Origin: Dehalococcoidia bacterium
GTDB taxonomy: Bacteria > Chloroflexota > Dehalococcoidia > SZUA-161 > SpSt-899
Direction: 5' to 3'
DNA: 60,642 nucleotides
Assembly (NCBI GenBank): GCA_028711995.1
Contig: JAQTRE010000004.1
Coordinates: 1-60,642, forward strand
Shown piece after piece: positions 31,049-39,601 of this stretch (position 1 is the stretch's first letter; each line of letters begins with the position of its first letter). The notes under the pieces are model-generated. The model saw only the letters and a list, made by a program, of their open reading frames with translations, did not search any database and was not told the DNA's origin. Both the position numbers and the translations under genes were made by a program.

Positions 31049-31286
31049 TAAGCTTTGAAAGCACCAACAAACACCCGTATTCAGTTGCAGCCTTACTATA
31101 GCGAATTGATTTTTGGTTGTCAAAACGTACTATGGGGTCTTCTCTCAAAGTCGGAGATATGGTATAGTGAGAGAAAACTTGGATCAGGACTTCATCCACT
31201 ACGAATATCGAGTGAAGTCCCCTCTGCCAGGGTACAAAGGTTCCCCAGGCATGAACTGAGAAACCAAAACAAGAAGGAGGATGCCC

Positions 31287-31940
31287 ATGTTAGTGAGAGA
31301 CATTATGACAACCAACGTAGTGACTATCCCCAGCAGTACTCCGATCATGGACGCCAGGAAGATCATGGAAGCTCACAAATTTGAGCGTCTTCCGGTAGTG
31401 GACAAGGGCAAACTGGTAGGCATCGTAACCAAGAATGTACTGCAGCGGGCTGCTCCTTCCGCCGCCACCTCGCTGAGCGTATGGGAAATCAACTACCTTC
31501 TAGCCAAGATGACGGTCCGGGAAGCGATGAGAAAATCGGTGATCACAGTTTCCCCCGATGCAAGTGTAGAGGCAGCAGCAACCCTTGCTCAGAACCACGG
31601 TGTAGGTTCGCTGCCAGTGGTGGAAAACGACAAACTGGTAGGCATCCTCACAACAAATGACTACTTCTATAAGATACTCAATCCGCTGCTGGGCATCAAT
31701 GTAAGTGGCCAGCGCATCGTCGTACGCGAAGGCGGAACCCCGGATCGCATCTGCAAGACCATGCAGATATTGCAGGAGGAAGGGGTCGCGGTAAAGGCCA
31801 TATACACTTCTGGAACAGAAGACGCAGCCGAAAAGGATCTGTTTCTCCATCTGGATACCGAGGATATGAAGAAAGTCACCACGATCAATGAACGGCTGGG
31901 AAAGATGGGCATCCGATCCGACGTGAGAGAACCCGTCTAA
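31287..31940 (+). CDS. CBS-pair domain protein with extra C-terminal domain
   Basis: VRDIMTTNVVTIPSSTPIMDARKIM..HKFERLPVVDKGKLVGIVT, plus a second CBS (REAMRKSVITVSPD..GVGSLPVVENDKLVGILT). The ATG at 31287 has better SD spacing than the one at 31281. Confidence 0.85.
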   Translation: MLVRDIMTTNVVTIPSSTPIMDARKIMEAHKFERLPVVDKGKLVGIVTKNVLQRAAPSAATSLSVWEINYLLAKMTVREAMRKSVITVSPDASVEAAATLAQNHGVGSLPVVENDKLVGILTTNDYFYKILNPLLGINVSGQRIVVREGGTPDRICKTMQILQEEGVAVKAIYTSGTEDAAEKDLFLHLDTEDMKKVTTINERLGKMGIRSDVREPV

Positions 31941-31956
31941 CAAGGGCGGCGGTTTG

Positions 31957-31991
31957 AGCAGGGCAGATGATTTTGGCTCATCTGCCCTGCT
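31957..31991. terminator. bidirectional hairpin between convergent genes
   Basis: agcagggcagatga-ttttggc-tcatctgccctgct. 14-bp perfect stem between the CBS gene (+) and the DUF167 gene (-). Confidence 0.7.
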
Positions 31992-31994
31992 TTG

Positions 31995-32237
31995 TCAGAC
32001 GGTGATCTCCACCACCTTGTTGCGTGACGTTTCTCCCCTGATAATGCGGATGCTGCTCTTTTTGACATTGAAATGATCGGCCAGGAGTTCAATCATGGCC
32101 TTATTGGCCCGGCCCTTATCGGGCGGAGCGGTTACGTAAGCCTTCAGTTGCCCCTGTTCGCTCACAACCTTGTTTTGCTTTGCGTTGGGGATTACTCTGA
32201 CGTTCAGTACGCTCATCTTTGGCTCAAATAGTCCCAT
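31995..32237 (-). CDS. DUF167 (YggU/UPF0235) family protein
   Basis: 80 aa. VRVIPNAKQNKV..VTAPPDKGRANKAMIELLADHFNVKKSSIRIIRGETSRNKVVEI. Confidence 0.8.
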   Translation of the reverse strand: MGLFEPKMSVLNVRVIPNAKQNKVVSEQGQLKAYVTAPPDKGRANKAMIELLADHFNVKKSSIRIIRGETSRNKVVEITV

Positions 32238-32245
32238 CCGGCTTT

Positions 32246-32725
32246 TTACGTCTTCAGCGGATTGGTGACCATCTTCTCAAAACTCACCTTGTAGGAATCG
32301 GCACCGACCTTCAGCCATGCATCTCCCTCCACTTTCAGACGGGAGGGATCGGTGCCGAATAGCGACTCCATGAGCAAGCTCGATCTCTCTTTGTCTTCCA
32401 CAACTTGAACCACCAGATTGGTCGTAGAACTGGCGCTGATATCGAGCGTTCCTCTCTCGCCGTTGCCCAGCAGATACCACTTCTCCTTGTGCCCAAACCG
32501 CACGTGGCACTCGATCTTTTCCAGCGTGGCCCCGATTGGATTGGGGTTATCGATCTCAATCGTGGTATCAACCGTAAGCGTGGCACTGGAAGTATCGCCG
32601 AGAAATATCCCCACCACCCTCACTGAAGGCTTGAGCGAATCTGCACCCCCGCCACCAGAGCAGCCATTGCATACACCCAACAGGATAAGAACCAGAATGG
32701 ATATGGATATAATCAACCGATTCAT
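32246..32725 (-). CDS. lipoprotein with LEA_2 / NDR1-like (water-stress/hypersensitive-response) fold
   Basis: Real start MNRLIISISILVLILLGVCNGCSGG (lipobox) at 32725, in an ATGA overlap with the cobD stop. The track ORF extension to 33061 overlaps cobD and is spurious. The domain call is from pattern memory. Confidence 0.5.
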   Translation of the reverse strand: MNRLIISISILVLILLGVCNGCSGGGGADSLKPSVRVVGIFLGDTSSATLTVDTTIEIDNPNPIGATLEKIECHVRFGHKEKWYLLGNGERGTLDISASSTTNLVVQVVEDKERSSLLMESLFGTDPSRLKVEGDAWLKVGADSYKVSFEKMVTNPLKT

Positions 32726-33807
32726 TTCCACATCTCTCCGATTGCGGCGATCAATCGCCGGCAGTCCGGCAAAGGCCGGGGAGAGATGCGGACATATTCC
32801 GGCAAGCCGAATGAAGCACAATCGCGAACCATGATTCCATACCGGAGAAGCCTTTCCCTGAATTGCTTTGCATCGCCTACCCTGACCAAGAAAAAGTGCG
32901 CGCCGGAGGGAAGAGGGGAAAGACCCAGTTGGGACAGCTCTTCTCTTAGAAATGCGTGAATCAGCCGAGTCTCTTCCAGAGAACTCTGCAGGTGGACTGA
33001 GTCTCTCAAGGCCATTATCCCGGCAGACTGGGCCATCGCGTTGACATTCCAAGGAAGACACACTTTTCTCAGGGCTCGGATAATCTCAGCGCTGGCAATC
33101 GCATATCCCAAGCGGAGACCGGCCAGAGCGTAGTCCTTGGTCATCGAGCGCAGGATGATCACATTGCCCCGACCAATCAACTCCTGCGATCTCCATGGAT
33201 TTTCAGCAAAAGCGATGTAAGCCTCATCTAGAATCAAGAGGGTGTTTTCGCAAGCCGAGCAAATCTCTTCAACCTCGGGCCTGGTAAGGTACAAGCCCGT
33301 AGGATTGTTCGGATTGCACAGGAACAGGCCTTTGGGACGATGGGATCGAAGCAGCTCCGCGACTTCGTTTAAATTCAGCCTGAAATCCTCTTCCGCTGAC
33401 GAACGGTGTTTGATGACCTTCGATCCGGCGATGCGACAGGCAACCTCATATTCCCCAAAGGTAGGCTCGATGATCAGCACATCATCGTCACTGCCGAAAT
33501 AGGCCAGGGCGATGAGCCGGATCAATTCCATCGATCCGCTGCCGATAATGATATTCTTCGCACTTATGCCAATGCTCTCGGCCAGCGCACTCTTGAGTTC
33601 GGCCGATTCCGAATCCGGATAGCGATCGATGGCTACTGAAGTCAGAGCTTGTGCAATTCCCGGCGAAGGCCCGAAAGGATTGGCGCTGACGCTGAAATCC
33701 AGCACCTCTTCCGGCTTTATCCCCAGCCGTCCGAGTTCGGCATAATCGGGGCCTCCATGAGGACAGATTTCGAGCGCTTCTATTTCCGGTCTAGGACGCA
33801 ACACCAT
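32722..33807 (-). CDS. cobD: class I/II aminotransferase, L-threonine-O-3-phosphate decarboxylase by context
   Basis: 361 aa. LDFSVSANPFGPSP, PLP lysine in SMTKDYALAGLRLGY. Translationally coupled to cbiB. A hisC-type alternative cannot be excluded. Confidence 0.7.
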   Translation of the reverse strand: MVLRPRPEIEALEICPHGGPDYAELGRLGIKPEEVLDFSVSANPFGPSPGIAQALTSVAIDRYPDSESAELKSALAESIGISAKNIIIGSGSMELIRLIALAYFGSDDDVLIIEPTFGEYEVACRIAGSKVIKHRSSAEEDFRLNLNEVAELLRSHRPKGLFLCNPNNPTGLYLTRPEVEEICSACENTLLILDEAYIAFAENPWRSQELIGRGNVIILRSMTKDYALAGLRLGYAIASAEIIRALRKVCLPWNVNAMAQSAGIMALRDSVHLQSSLEETRLIHAFLREELSQLGLSPLPSGAHFFLVRVGDAKQFRERLLRYGIMVRDCASFGLPEYVRISPRPLPDCRRLIAAIGEMWK

Positions 33808-34729
33808 AGATTATCCCTTTCATGCTAAAGCACAGCACTGCGCAAATCAAGGCCACAAGGCACATCAAAAGCAGCACCGAGTTGATTTTCTCCAGGGTGA
33901 GCGTGCTTTTTGCCTCACCCAGCTTGTAGTGTCCCACCTTCTCCAGCTCTATCTCCAAAGCTCCGGCAGCTGCACTCATCGGCCAACCGGCATTGGGGCT
34001 TTCGGTTTTGCTGTGATCGCGCAACATGATGTTCCAAGCAGCCCGGCCTTCTTTTCGAGCTATGAAAGCAGCCGCCACCATCATCAGAGCGGTGAGCCTG
34101 GCCGGAATGAAGTTGAGCACATCGTCCAGGCGAGCGGCGAATTTGCCCAGATATTCGTACTTGCCGTGATAACCGATCATGGAATCGAAGGTGTTGACCA
34201 CCCGATAGCCCACTGCTCCCGGTATGCCGAGGATCAGGAACCAGAAGAGCGGGGCCACAATACTATCGGAGGTGTTTTCCGCCACCGACTCTACAGTGGC
34301 TGCTATGACGAGAGCCTCATCCAGATCCTCAGGGTTTCGACTGACCAAAGCCCCCATCCCAGCGCGTGCGTCTGCCAGTTGATTATCATTCAGTCGATCT
34401 CTCACCTTCACTGCAGCAGAGCGCAGGCCCCTTATCGAAAAGGTCGATTTCAATATCAACGCCCCGACGATCACATAGATAATCCTGCTGCCCTCGCTCA
34501 CATATACCAGCAAGAAATAGATCGGGACAACGAATGAGATGATGCCCACAAGAACCATCCCGATCCCATAGAAGAACTGCGCATTGGGGCGGCCCTTCGG
34601 AGCGAGTCTCTCGGCAAGGGAAATCAGTTTGCCCATCCATCCGACGGGATGCAACAACGTCGGCGGGTCTCCCACGACCAGATCAATCGTCAGCGCAAGC
34701 GCCAGTATAATTATTCCATCCATGAGCAC
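33791..34729 (-). CDS. cbiB: adenosylcobinamide-phosphate synthase
   Basis: 312-aa membrane protein. DLVVGDPPTLLHPVGWMGKLI is the typical CbiB/CobD N-terminus. Confidence 0.9.
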   Translation of the reverse strand: MLMDGIIILALALTIDLVVGDPPTLLHPVGWMGKLISLAERLAPKGRPNAQFFYGIGMVLVGIISFVVPIYFLLVYVSEGSRIIYVIVGALILKSTFSIRGLRSAAVKVRDRLNDNQLADARAGMGALVSRNPEDLDEALVIAATVESVAENTSDSIVAPLFWFLILGIPGAVGYRVVNTFDSMIGYHGKYEYLGKFAARLDDVLNFIPARLTALMMVAAAFIARKEGRAAWNIMLRDHSKTESPNAGWPMSAAAGALEIELEKVGHYKLGEAKSTLTLEKINSVLLLMCLVALICAVLCFSMKGIIYGVAS

Positions 34730-34942
34730 CTGAACACAAAGCGAAAACCGTAAGACTTAAACAGAGTGTTGAATCCGTATTTCAGGTCTGATTTCCGGGA
34801 AAAGTATATCCTCGTACCTCGATCATAGAGTAGAACAGAAGATATCCCCGCTGTCAATACCCTTCTGAGAGGGCCTCAATGAGCCGATTCCTTACGTTCG
34901 AACGAGGGATCCTGCCGAGCCAGCATCACCCCCTTTGAGAGG

Positions 34943-34971
34943 TTGACAGCCACAGCGAGCAATGCTATCAT
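34943..34971 (+). promoter_or_regulatory. sigma70-like promoter of the activase pair
   Basis: TTGACA (34943-34948), 17 nt, TATCAT (34966-34971). This argues against the TTG start at 34981 and for the ATG at 35008/35011. Confidence 0.5.
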
Positions 34972-35007
34972 CGGCCCGGATTGCATGATCGAACATACCA
35001 AGGGGAT

Positions 35008-35853
35008 ATGATGCAACTTATTACCGCCGGTGTAGATATCGGCTCGACGATGACCAAAGTAGTCCTGATGGATGCGAATATCAGGGCTTCGGTGATCGGC
35101 CCCACCGGGGCTGAGCATCGGCGGCTGGCCAACAAAGTGATGCAGCAGGCCCTGGAGAAAGCGCAACTCCCCTTTGAACAAGTCGCCTATGTCGTAGCTA
35201 CCGGCTATGGGCGCATCAACGTTCCCTTCGCCGATAAACAAATCACGGAGATCACCTGCCATGCCCGCGGCGTTTACAGCCTTTTCCCCACCGTTCGCAC
35301 TGTCATCGATATCGGCGGCCAGGACAGCAAGGCCATCAAGCTGGTCGATGGCAAGGTGTCCAACTTCGTTATGAATGACAAGTGCGCTGCAGGTACCGGC
35401 CGCTTTCTGGAAGTGATCGCTGAAGCCCTTGGGCTGGGCCTTGATGAGATGGCTCAACTCTCTCTGACGGCCACTAAGAAGGAGAATGTCAGCAGCACCT
35501 GTACCGTATTTGCCGAGCAGGAAATCGTCTCCCGCTTGTCTGAGGGAGCAGCAATAGAAAATGTGGCGGCCGGATTGTTCGAATCCATCGCCAGCCGGGT
35601 CTGCGGCATGGCCGATAGACTCAAGATAGAAAGGGATGTGGTGCTCACCGGCGGGGGAGCCAAGAATATCGGTTTAGTCAAGGCATTTGAAAACAGGCTC
35701 GGTTTCCGCCCTCTGGTGCCCGAGGAGCCACTGATCACCGGAGCCATCGGGGCTGCCTTGCTGGGCCGTGAATTGGCCCTCAAAGCGCTGGAGAGAGGCG
35801 AGGAATTGGGAGGCAAAAAGCGTCGGCTGGAGGAAGCCACCTTTTTCGGCTGA
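35008..35853 (+). CDS. BadF/BadG/BcrA/BcrD-family ATPase (2-hydroxyacyl-CoA dehydratase activator / HgdC-like), copy 1
   Basis: MMQLITAGVDIGSTMTKVVL (ASKHA phosphate-1), ATGYGR, IDIGGQDSK, cluster-ligand cysteines in NDKCAAGTGRFLE and SSTCTVFAEQE, LTGGGAKN. Confidence 0.88.
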   Translation: MMQLITAGVDIGSTMTKVVLMDANIRASVIGPTGAEHRRLANKVMQQALEKAQLPFEQVAYVVATGYGRINVPFADKQITEITCHARGVYSLFPTVRTVIDIGGQDSKAIKLVDGKVSNFVMNDKCAAGTGRFLEVIAEALGLGLDEMAQLSLTATKKENVSSTCTVFAEQEIVSRLSEGAAIENVAAGLFESIASRVCGMADRLKIERDVVLTGGGAKNIGLVKAFENRLGFRPLVPEEPLITGAIGAALLGRELALKALERGEELGGKKRRLEEATFFG

Positions 35854-35859
35854 GCAAAG

Positions 35860-35962
35860 TGTCTTTGCGAGGAGCCGCCAGGCGACGAAGCAATCTCAAG
35901 GCGAGCAAAGAGATTGCCGCACGGAGTTTATCCTGAGTTTACCGAAGGGTTCGCAATGACAG
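35860..35962. repeat. palindromic repeat (family A with a family B half) inserted between the two activase genes
   Basis: tgtctttgcgaggagccgccaggcgacgaagcaatctc..gagattgccgcacggagtttatcctgag..ttcgcaatgaca. Same arms as the repeats at 37566, 38673, 39744, 41652 and 43752. Confidence 0.85.
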
Positions 35963-35985
35963 ACACTCTATTGAGGACATGAAGA

Positions 35986-36780
35986 ATGATTTATGTAGCC
36001 GGAATTGATAGCGGTGCGGCCTACGCGAAAGCAGTGATCCTCGGCGATGGGATTATGGTTTCTCACCATGTGATGCTCTCCGGGAAGAACTACCGTGAGA
36101 CCGCTCGAGAAGTATTCCAAATCGCTCTGGACAAGGCGGGGATCAAGTTTCCGGAAATCGCTCTGATCGTTTCCACCGGATACGGGGCCGCCAACGTACC
36201 TTTTGAAAAGGAGCAGATGACCGAGATATCCTGCCAGGCGCGGGCTATCAGCCATCTGTTTCCCTCGGCCCGGACGGTGATTGACATCGGCGGGCAATCT
36301 ACTAAGATCATCAAACTGGATGGGAAAGGCCGCCCAGCCGACTTCACAGTCAATGAGAAGTGCGCTGCCGGCAGCGGCCGTTTTTTGCAGGTGATAGCCC
36401 GGGTTCTAGGAGTACCTCTGGAGGAGATCGGCCCGCTTTCCCTCAAGGCTACGAAGGTAGTCAAATTCACCACCAGTTGCGCTGTGTTCACCGAGTCTGA
36501 AGCCGTCTCACGGGTGGCTGAAGGCGAGAAGAAAGAGGATATCCTGGCCGGAGTTCACCACGCTATTGCCGTCAAGGTAGCCACTATGGTGGAGCGGGTC
36601 CGGATGGAAAAAGACTGCGTCATCACCGGCGGAGGCGCTAAAGACACTGGGCTGGTGAAGAGCATAGAGGAGAACACGAATTGCCAATTACTGGTGCCTC
36701 CGGAGCCTCAGTTGACCGCTGCGCTGGGGGCTGCGCTCATCGCCTGGGATAGGGTGCAAGAGAAGAAAGCCTCCGGTTGA
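35986..36780 (+). CDS. BadF/BadG/BcrA/BcrD-family ATPase (HgdC-like activator), copy 2
   Basis: MIYVAGIDSGAAYAKAVIL, STGYGA, IDIGGQSTK, NEKCAAGSGRFLQ, TTSCAVFTESE, ITGGGAKD. Ends ..AWDRVQEKKASG*. Confidence 0.88.
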   Translation: MIYVAGIDSGAAYAKAVILGDGIMVSHHVMLSGKNYRETAREVFQIALDKAGIKFPEIALIVSTGYGAANVPFEKEQMTEISCQARAISHLFPSARTVIDIGGQSTKIIKLDGKGRPADFTVNEKCAAGSGRFLQVIARVLGVPLEEIGPLSLKATKVVKFTTSCAVFTESEAVSRVAEGEKKEDILAGVHHAIAVKVATMVERVRMEKDCVITGGGAKDTGLVKSIEENTNCQLLVPPEPQLTAALGAALIAWDRVQEKKASG

Positions 36781-36807
36781 GCAGGCTAATCCACGAGAAG
36801 ATTACTT

Positions 36808-37140
36808 CTATTTTTCGGCAACAGAGACTGCGGATTCAAGCACTTCTGTAACCCAGGTGTTCACGCTCGTATTTTCCAGATTGGCTTTAATATGGATTTT
36901 GCGGTGGAGATCGGGCTCAAGTCTCAGCGTAAATTTGCCCGAGTATGGTTTCTCCGGTTTCTCTCCGCGTGTCTTACAGAAGTCTAGATAATCATCAATC
37001 GAATCCCGAAACGACTGAGTTATCTCTGCAACGGTTTGACCTTGAAAGGTGATGACATCTCTTGTATTAATTACCTCGCCGTGAAGGATACCGGCTTCCT
37101 CATCCAATTCAACCTTTCCGATGTATCCTTTGTATTCCAT
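36808..37140 (-). CDS. hicB: HicB-family antitoxin (with C-terminal RHH-like DNA-binding part)
   Basis: 110 aa. MEYKGYIGKVELDEEAGILHGEVIN..FQGQTVAEITQSFRDSIDDYLDFC..KPYSGKF.LRL. TAATG overlap with the upstream toxin gene. Confidence 0.8.
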   Translation of the reverse strand: MEYKGYIGKVELDEEAGILHGEVINTRDVITFQGQTVAEITQSFRDSIDDYLDFCKTRGEKPEKPYSGKFTLRLEPDLHRKIHIKANLENTSVNTWVTEVLESAVSVAEK

Positions 37141-37394
37141 TATGGTTCAACCCCCGCTTCTTTCAAGAACCTTTGCACGGATTTGACGGCACCTTTATCC
37201 GTCGTTTTTTGTGGATGCGGCCTGTGAAAAACAGCCCTTACACCTTGCAGTGCAACCCTGACTCGGGATCCTCGGCCTTCAGACAAGTCAGCTCCTACCG
37301 CTATGAATAGTGCCTCGATGTCTTTCCATAGGATGTCTGACCGAACGGGACTCTCGAAAATAGCGTCGAGCGTCTTCTGATGCCGCTTGTTCAC
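37140..37394 (-). CDS. hicA: HicA-family toxin
   Basis: 84 aa, GTG start. KTLDAIFESPVRSDILWKDIEALFIAVGADLSEGRGSRVRVAL.GV.AVFHRPHP...DKGAVKSV..FL is the HRPHP-type HicA family. Confidence 0.75.
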   Translation of the reverse strand: MNKRHQKTLDAIFESPVRSDILWKDIEALFIAVGADLSEGRGSRVRVALQGVRAVFHRPHPQKTTDKGAVKSVQRFLKEAGVEP

Positions 37395-37565
37395 AGATGT
37401 ATGGTGTCATAATATGCCACCATTGTCAATAACGCTTGTGATCTTGTGAGGCTCTCAGTGCCAGTTGTTGAGTTTGCTTTAATCCAGCCATCAAAATGCT
37501 CAAAAGCTGATGGCTCCTGACCCGGCGTATCCGGGAACAAATGCAACCGCGGAAAGCCCAGAGAA

Positions 37566-37672
37566 TGTCATTGCGAGCTCCGCAGGGGCGCGGCAACCTC
37601 CAAGAGCGCAGCTCTGTATTCCCCCTCTCCCCCCTGAGATTGCTTCGTCGCCAGTAGCTCCTCGCAAAGACA
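37566..37672. repeat. family A hairpin repeat
   Basis: tgtcattgcgagctccgcaggggcgcggcaacctc...ctgagattgcttcgtcgccagtagctcctcgcaaagaca. Confidence 0.85.
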
Positions 37673-37790
37673 TTTCTATTTTCATTTCTCAGCGATCCCC
37701 GGCGCTCTCTGCGGTGAAATTCAGGTAAGGTGGAACATTCCAGTATAAGCGGGTAAAATGAAGTATCGCTGGTTTCTGAGGAGAACCATT

Positions 37791-37982
37791 ATGGAAAAGA
37801 AACGATATGTATACTGGCAAGATGGAGAGATGTGGTTGGGTTATCTGGAAGAATACCCGGACTACATGTCTCAAGGCGAAACTCTGACCGAACTCAAGGA
37901 TAATTTGAAGGACATCATCTCAGATTTGCTGAGCGGCGAAATCCCGTGTGTTCGTAGAGTCGCCGAACTTGAAATAGTATGA
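37791..37982 (+). CDS. hicB: HicB-family (UPF0150) antitoxin
   Basis: MEKKRYVYWQDGEMWLGYLEEYPDYMSQGETLTELKDNLKDII. The ATG at 37791 has a gaggag SD. ATGA overlap with the next gene. Confidence 0.75.
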   Translation: MEKKRYVYWQDGEMWLGYLEEYPDYMSQGETLTELKDNLKDIISDLLSGEIPCVRRVAELEIV

Positions 37983-38155
37983 AAAGACGAGACTTGATTC
38001 GGGAACTGGAAAAGATGGGGTGTATTCTGATTCGACACGGTTCGAAGCATGATTGGTACCAAAACCCGTCCTCCAAAATATCGCAGCCGGTTCCAAGACA
38101 CAATGAGATAAAAGAATTCCTGGCCCGACACATCATCAAAATGCTCAAAAACTGA
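37979..38155 (+). CDS. hicA: HicA-family (YcfA-like) toxin, 58 aa, below the ORF-track size cutoff
   Basis: My translation: MKRRDLIRELEKMGCILIRHGSKHDWYQNPSSKISQPVPRHNEIKEFLARHIIKMLKN*. This is the canonical HicA pattern (L..L...G....R..GSH......P.....VP.H.EI......I.K.L). Confidence 0.8.
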   Translation: MKRRDLIRELEKMGCILIRHGSKHDWYQNPSSKISQPVPRHNEIKEFLARHIIKMLKN

Positions 38156-38395
38156 TGGCTCCTGATTCCCTCTCTTTCCCCCTATTGGTTCACTGGTAAC
38201 CCTTGTGCTGCTAATCAATTTTCATAGCAGCACGCCGCAACATGGATACCATTTTATAGCGCCGGAGGCTTCGTGGCCATGAACTCCCCCTAACCCCCTC
38301 TTTTCGAAAGAGGGGGAAGCGCGAATGCGCTGGGGGCGTTTGATATTGCGCAAGTAATTTGTCTGGCTGAGCCTTACAAAAAAGTGTTTCAATAT

Positions 38396-38636
38396 ATCCT
38401 GGCCGGAGTCCACCAACGCCATTGCAGTCAAGGTAGCCACCATGGTGGAGAAGGTCCGAATGGAAAAAGACTGCGTCATCACCGGCGGAGGCGCCAAGGA
38501 TATCGGGATGGTCAAGAGCGTGGAGGAGAACACGGGTTGCAGCCTATTGGTGCCGCCGGAGCCTCATCTCACCGCTGCCCTGGGGGCCGCACTCATTGTC
38601 TGGGATAGGGTGCAGGAAAAGAAAGCCTCCGGTTGA
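38396..38636 (+). pseudogene. detached copy 2 of the activase 3' end (corresponds to 36541-36780)
   Basis: Hand alignment gives about 34 mismatches plus a 1-nt insertion (caccaacgcc vs caccacgct) over 240 nt. It encodes MVEKVRMEKDCVITGGGAKDIGMVKSVEENTGCSLLVPPEPHLTAALGAALIVWDRVQEKKASG* but lacks the first ~180 codons of the gene. Confidence 0.85.
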
Positions 38637-38672
38637 GAAGGTAAATCCACGCTTAGTCGCTGAGAATAGGAA

Positions 38673-39045
38673 TGTCATTGCGAGCCCCGCAGGGGCGCGG
38701 CAATCTCCGTAATATCATCTCAGTATTCAGCCTCTCGCTCTCTCTGAGATTGCTTCGTCGCCGACGGCTCCTCGCAACGACACTTGAACTGTCATTGCGA
38801 ATGAAGTGTGGCAATCTCTCTTGTGCCTGCCCTGAGATTGCTTCGTCGCCGACGGCTCCTCGCAACGACACTTGAACTGTCATTGCGAATGAAGTGTGGC
38901 AATCTCTCTTGTGCCTGCCCTGAGATTGCTTCGTCGCCGGTGGCTCCTCGCAAAGACACTTGAACTGTCATTGCGAATGAAATGTGGCAATCTCCTTTTT
39001 CCCGCCCTGGGATTACTTCGTCGCCGATGGCTCCTCGCAAAGACA
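38673..39045. repeat. tandem array of family A hairpin repeats (88-bp period, about 4 units, preceded by a variant unit)
   Basis: ctgagattgcttcgtcgcc recurs at 38744, 38832 and 38920, with a variant ctgggattacttcgtcgcc at 39006. Each unit is gagattgc..ctcgcaacgac-acttgaact-gtcattgcga..gcaatctc. Confidence 0.9.
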
Positions 39046-39085
39046 TTTTTCTTTTCTGCGTTCTCTGCGGTGAAATTTTGACCAA

Positions 39086-39160
39086 TACCATGGCCGTCAA
39101 GATAGCCACCCTGGTAGAGCGGGTCCGGATGGAAAGGAGTCCGGCAAGTGAATCCCTCCC
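39086..39160 (+). pseudogene. copy 3 of the activase 3' region (5' stub only), truncated by the hicAB cassette
   Basis: accatggccgtcaagatagccaccctggtagagcgggtccggatggaaa matches 36562-36611. It then carries ggagtccggcaagtgaatccctcccc, shared with copies 4 and 5. Confidence 0.65.
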
Positions 39161-39164
39161 CAAC

Positions 39165-39389
39165 CTACAAAAGGGACCGGAACTCATCCCGGGTCATCTC
39201 GCAATCATGGAGGATCTTAGCCATAAGACCAGGGCCGATTATTTCGCCGCTATGCATGGGAACGACTGTGGTGCGACCATCCGAATGACGCATGAAGTGG
39301 TGACTACCTCTGACTCTGACAAGCTCAAAGCCTGCCCTGTGCAACGCAACGATAGTTTCCTTACCGGTGATTCTGAGAGGCCTTGTCAT
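39165..39389 (-). CDS. hicA: HicA-family toxin
   Basis: 74 aa. ITGKETIVALHRAGFELVRVRGSHHFMRHSDGRTTVVPMHSGEIIGPGLMAKIL. Confidence 0.85.
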   Translation of the reverse strand: MTRPLRITGKETIVALHRAGFELVRVRGSHHFMRHSDGRTTVVPMHSGEIIGPGLMAKILHDCEMTRDEFRSLL

Positions 39390-39601
39390 TGTGCCAGAAC
39401 AACCTTCTGCACCCCAATAAAGTCGAGAGCCTCAATATCTTCGCCCTCTACCTCAAGACACAGTTCAATGGCTTCTTGGATTCGTTCCATGACCTCATCG
39501 AGAGACTTGGCCTGGGTATGACAGGCACGCAGGGAAGGCACAGATGCAACATAGTAGCCCTCGGAGTCACGCTCAATGATGACGTTGAATTCCTTTTTCA
39601 T
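39386..39601 (-). CDS. hicB: HicB-family (UPF0150) antitoxin
   Basis: Real start MKKEFNVIIERDSEGYYVASVPSLRACHTQAKSLDEVMERIQEAIELCLE at 39601. The upstream part of the track ORF is a translated repeat. Confidence 0.8.
   Translation of the reverse strand: MKKEFNVIIERDSEGYYVASVPSLRACHTQAKSLDEVMERIQEAIELCLEVEGEDIEALDFIGVQKVVLAQ

Noticed and set aside
38673-39045. Possible CRISPR array (regularly spaced repeats).
   Set aside because: The whole 88-bp unit repeats, so there are no unique spacers. Each unit is itself a long imperfect palindrome of repeat family A, which is dispersed elsewhere in the window. No cas genes are present.
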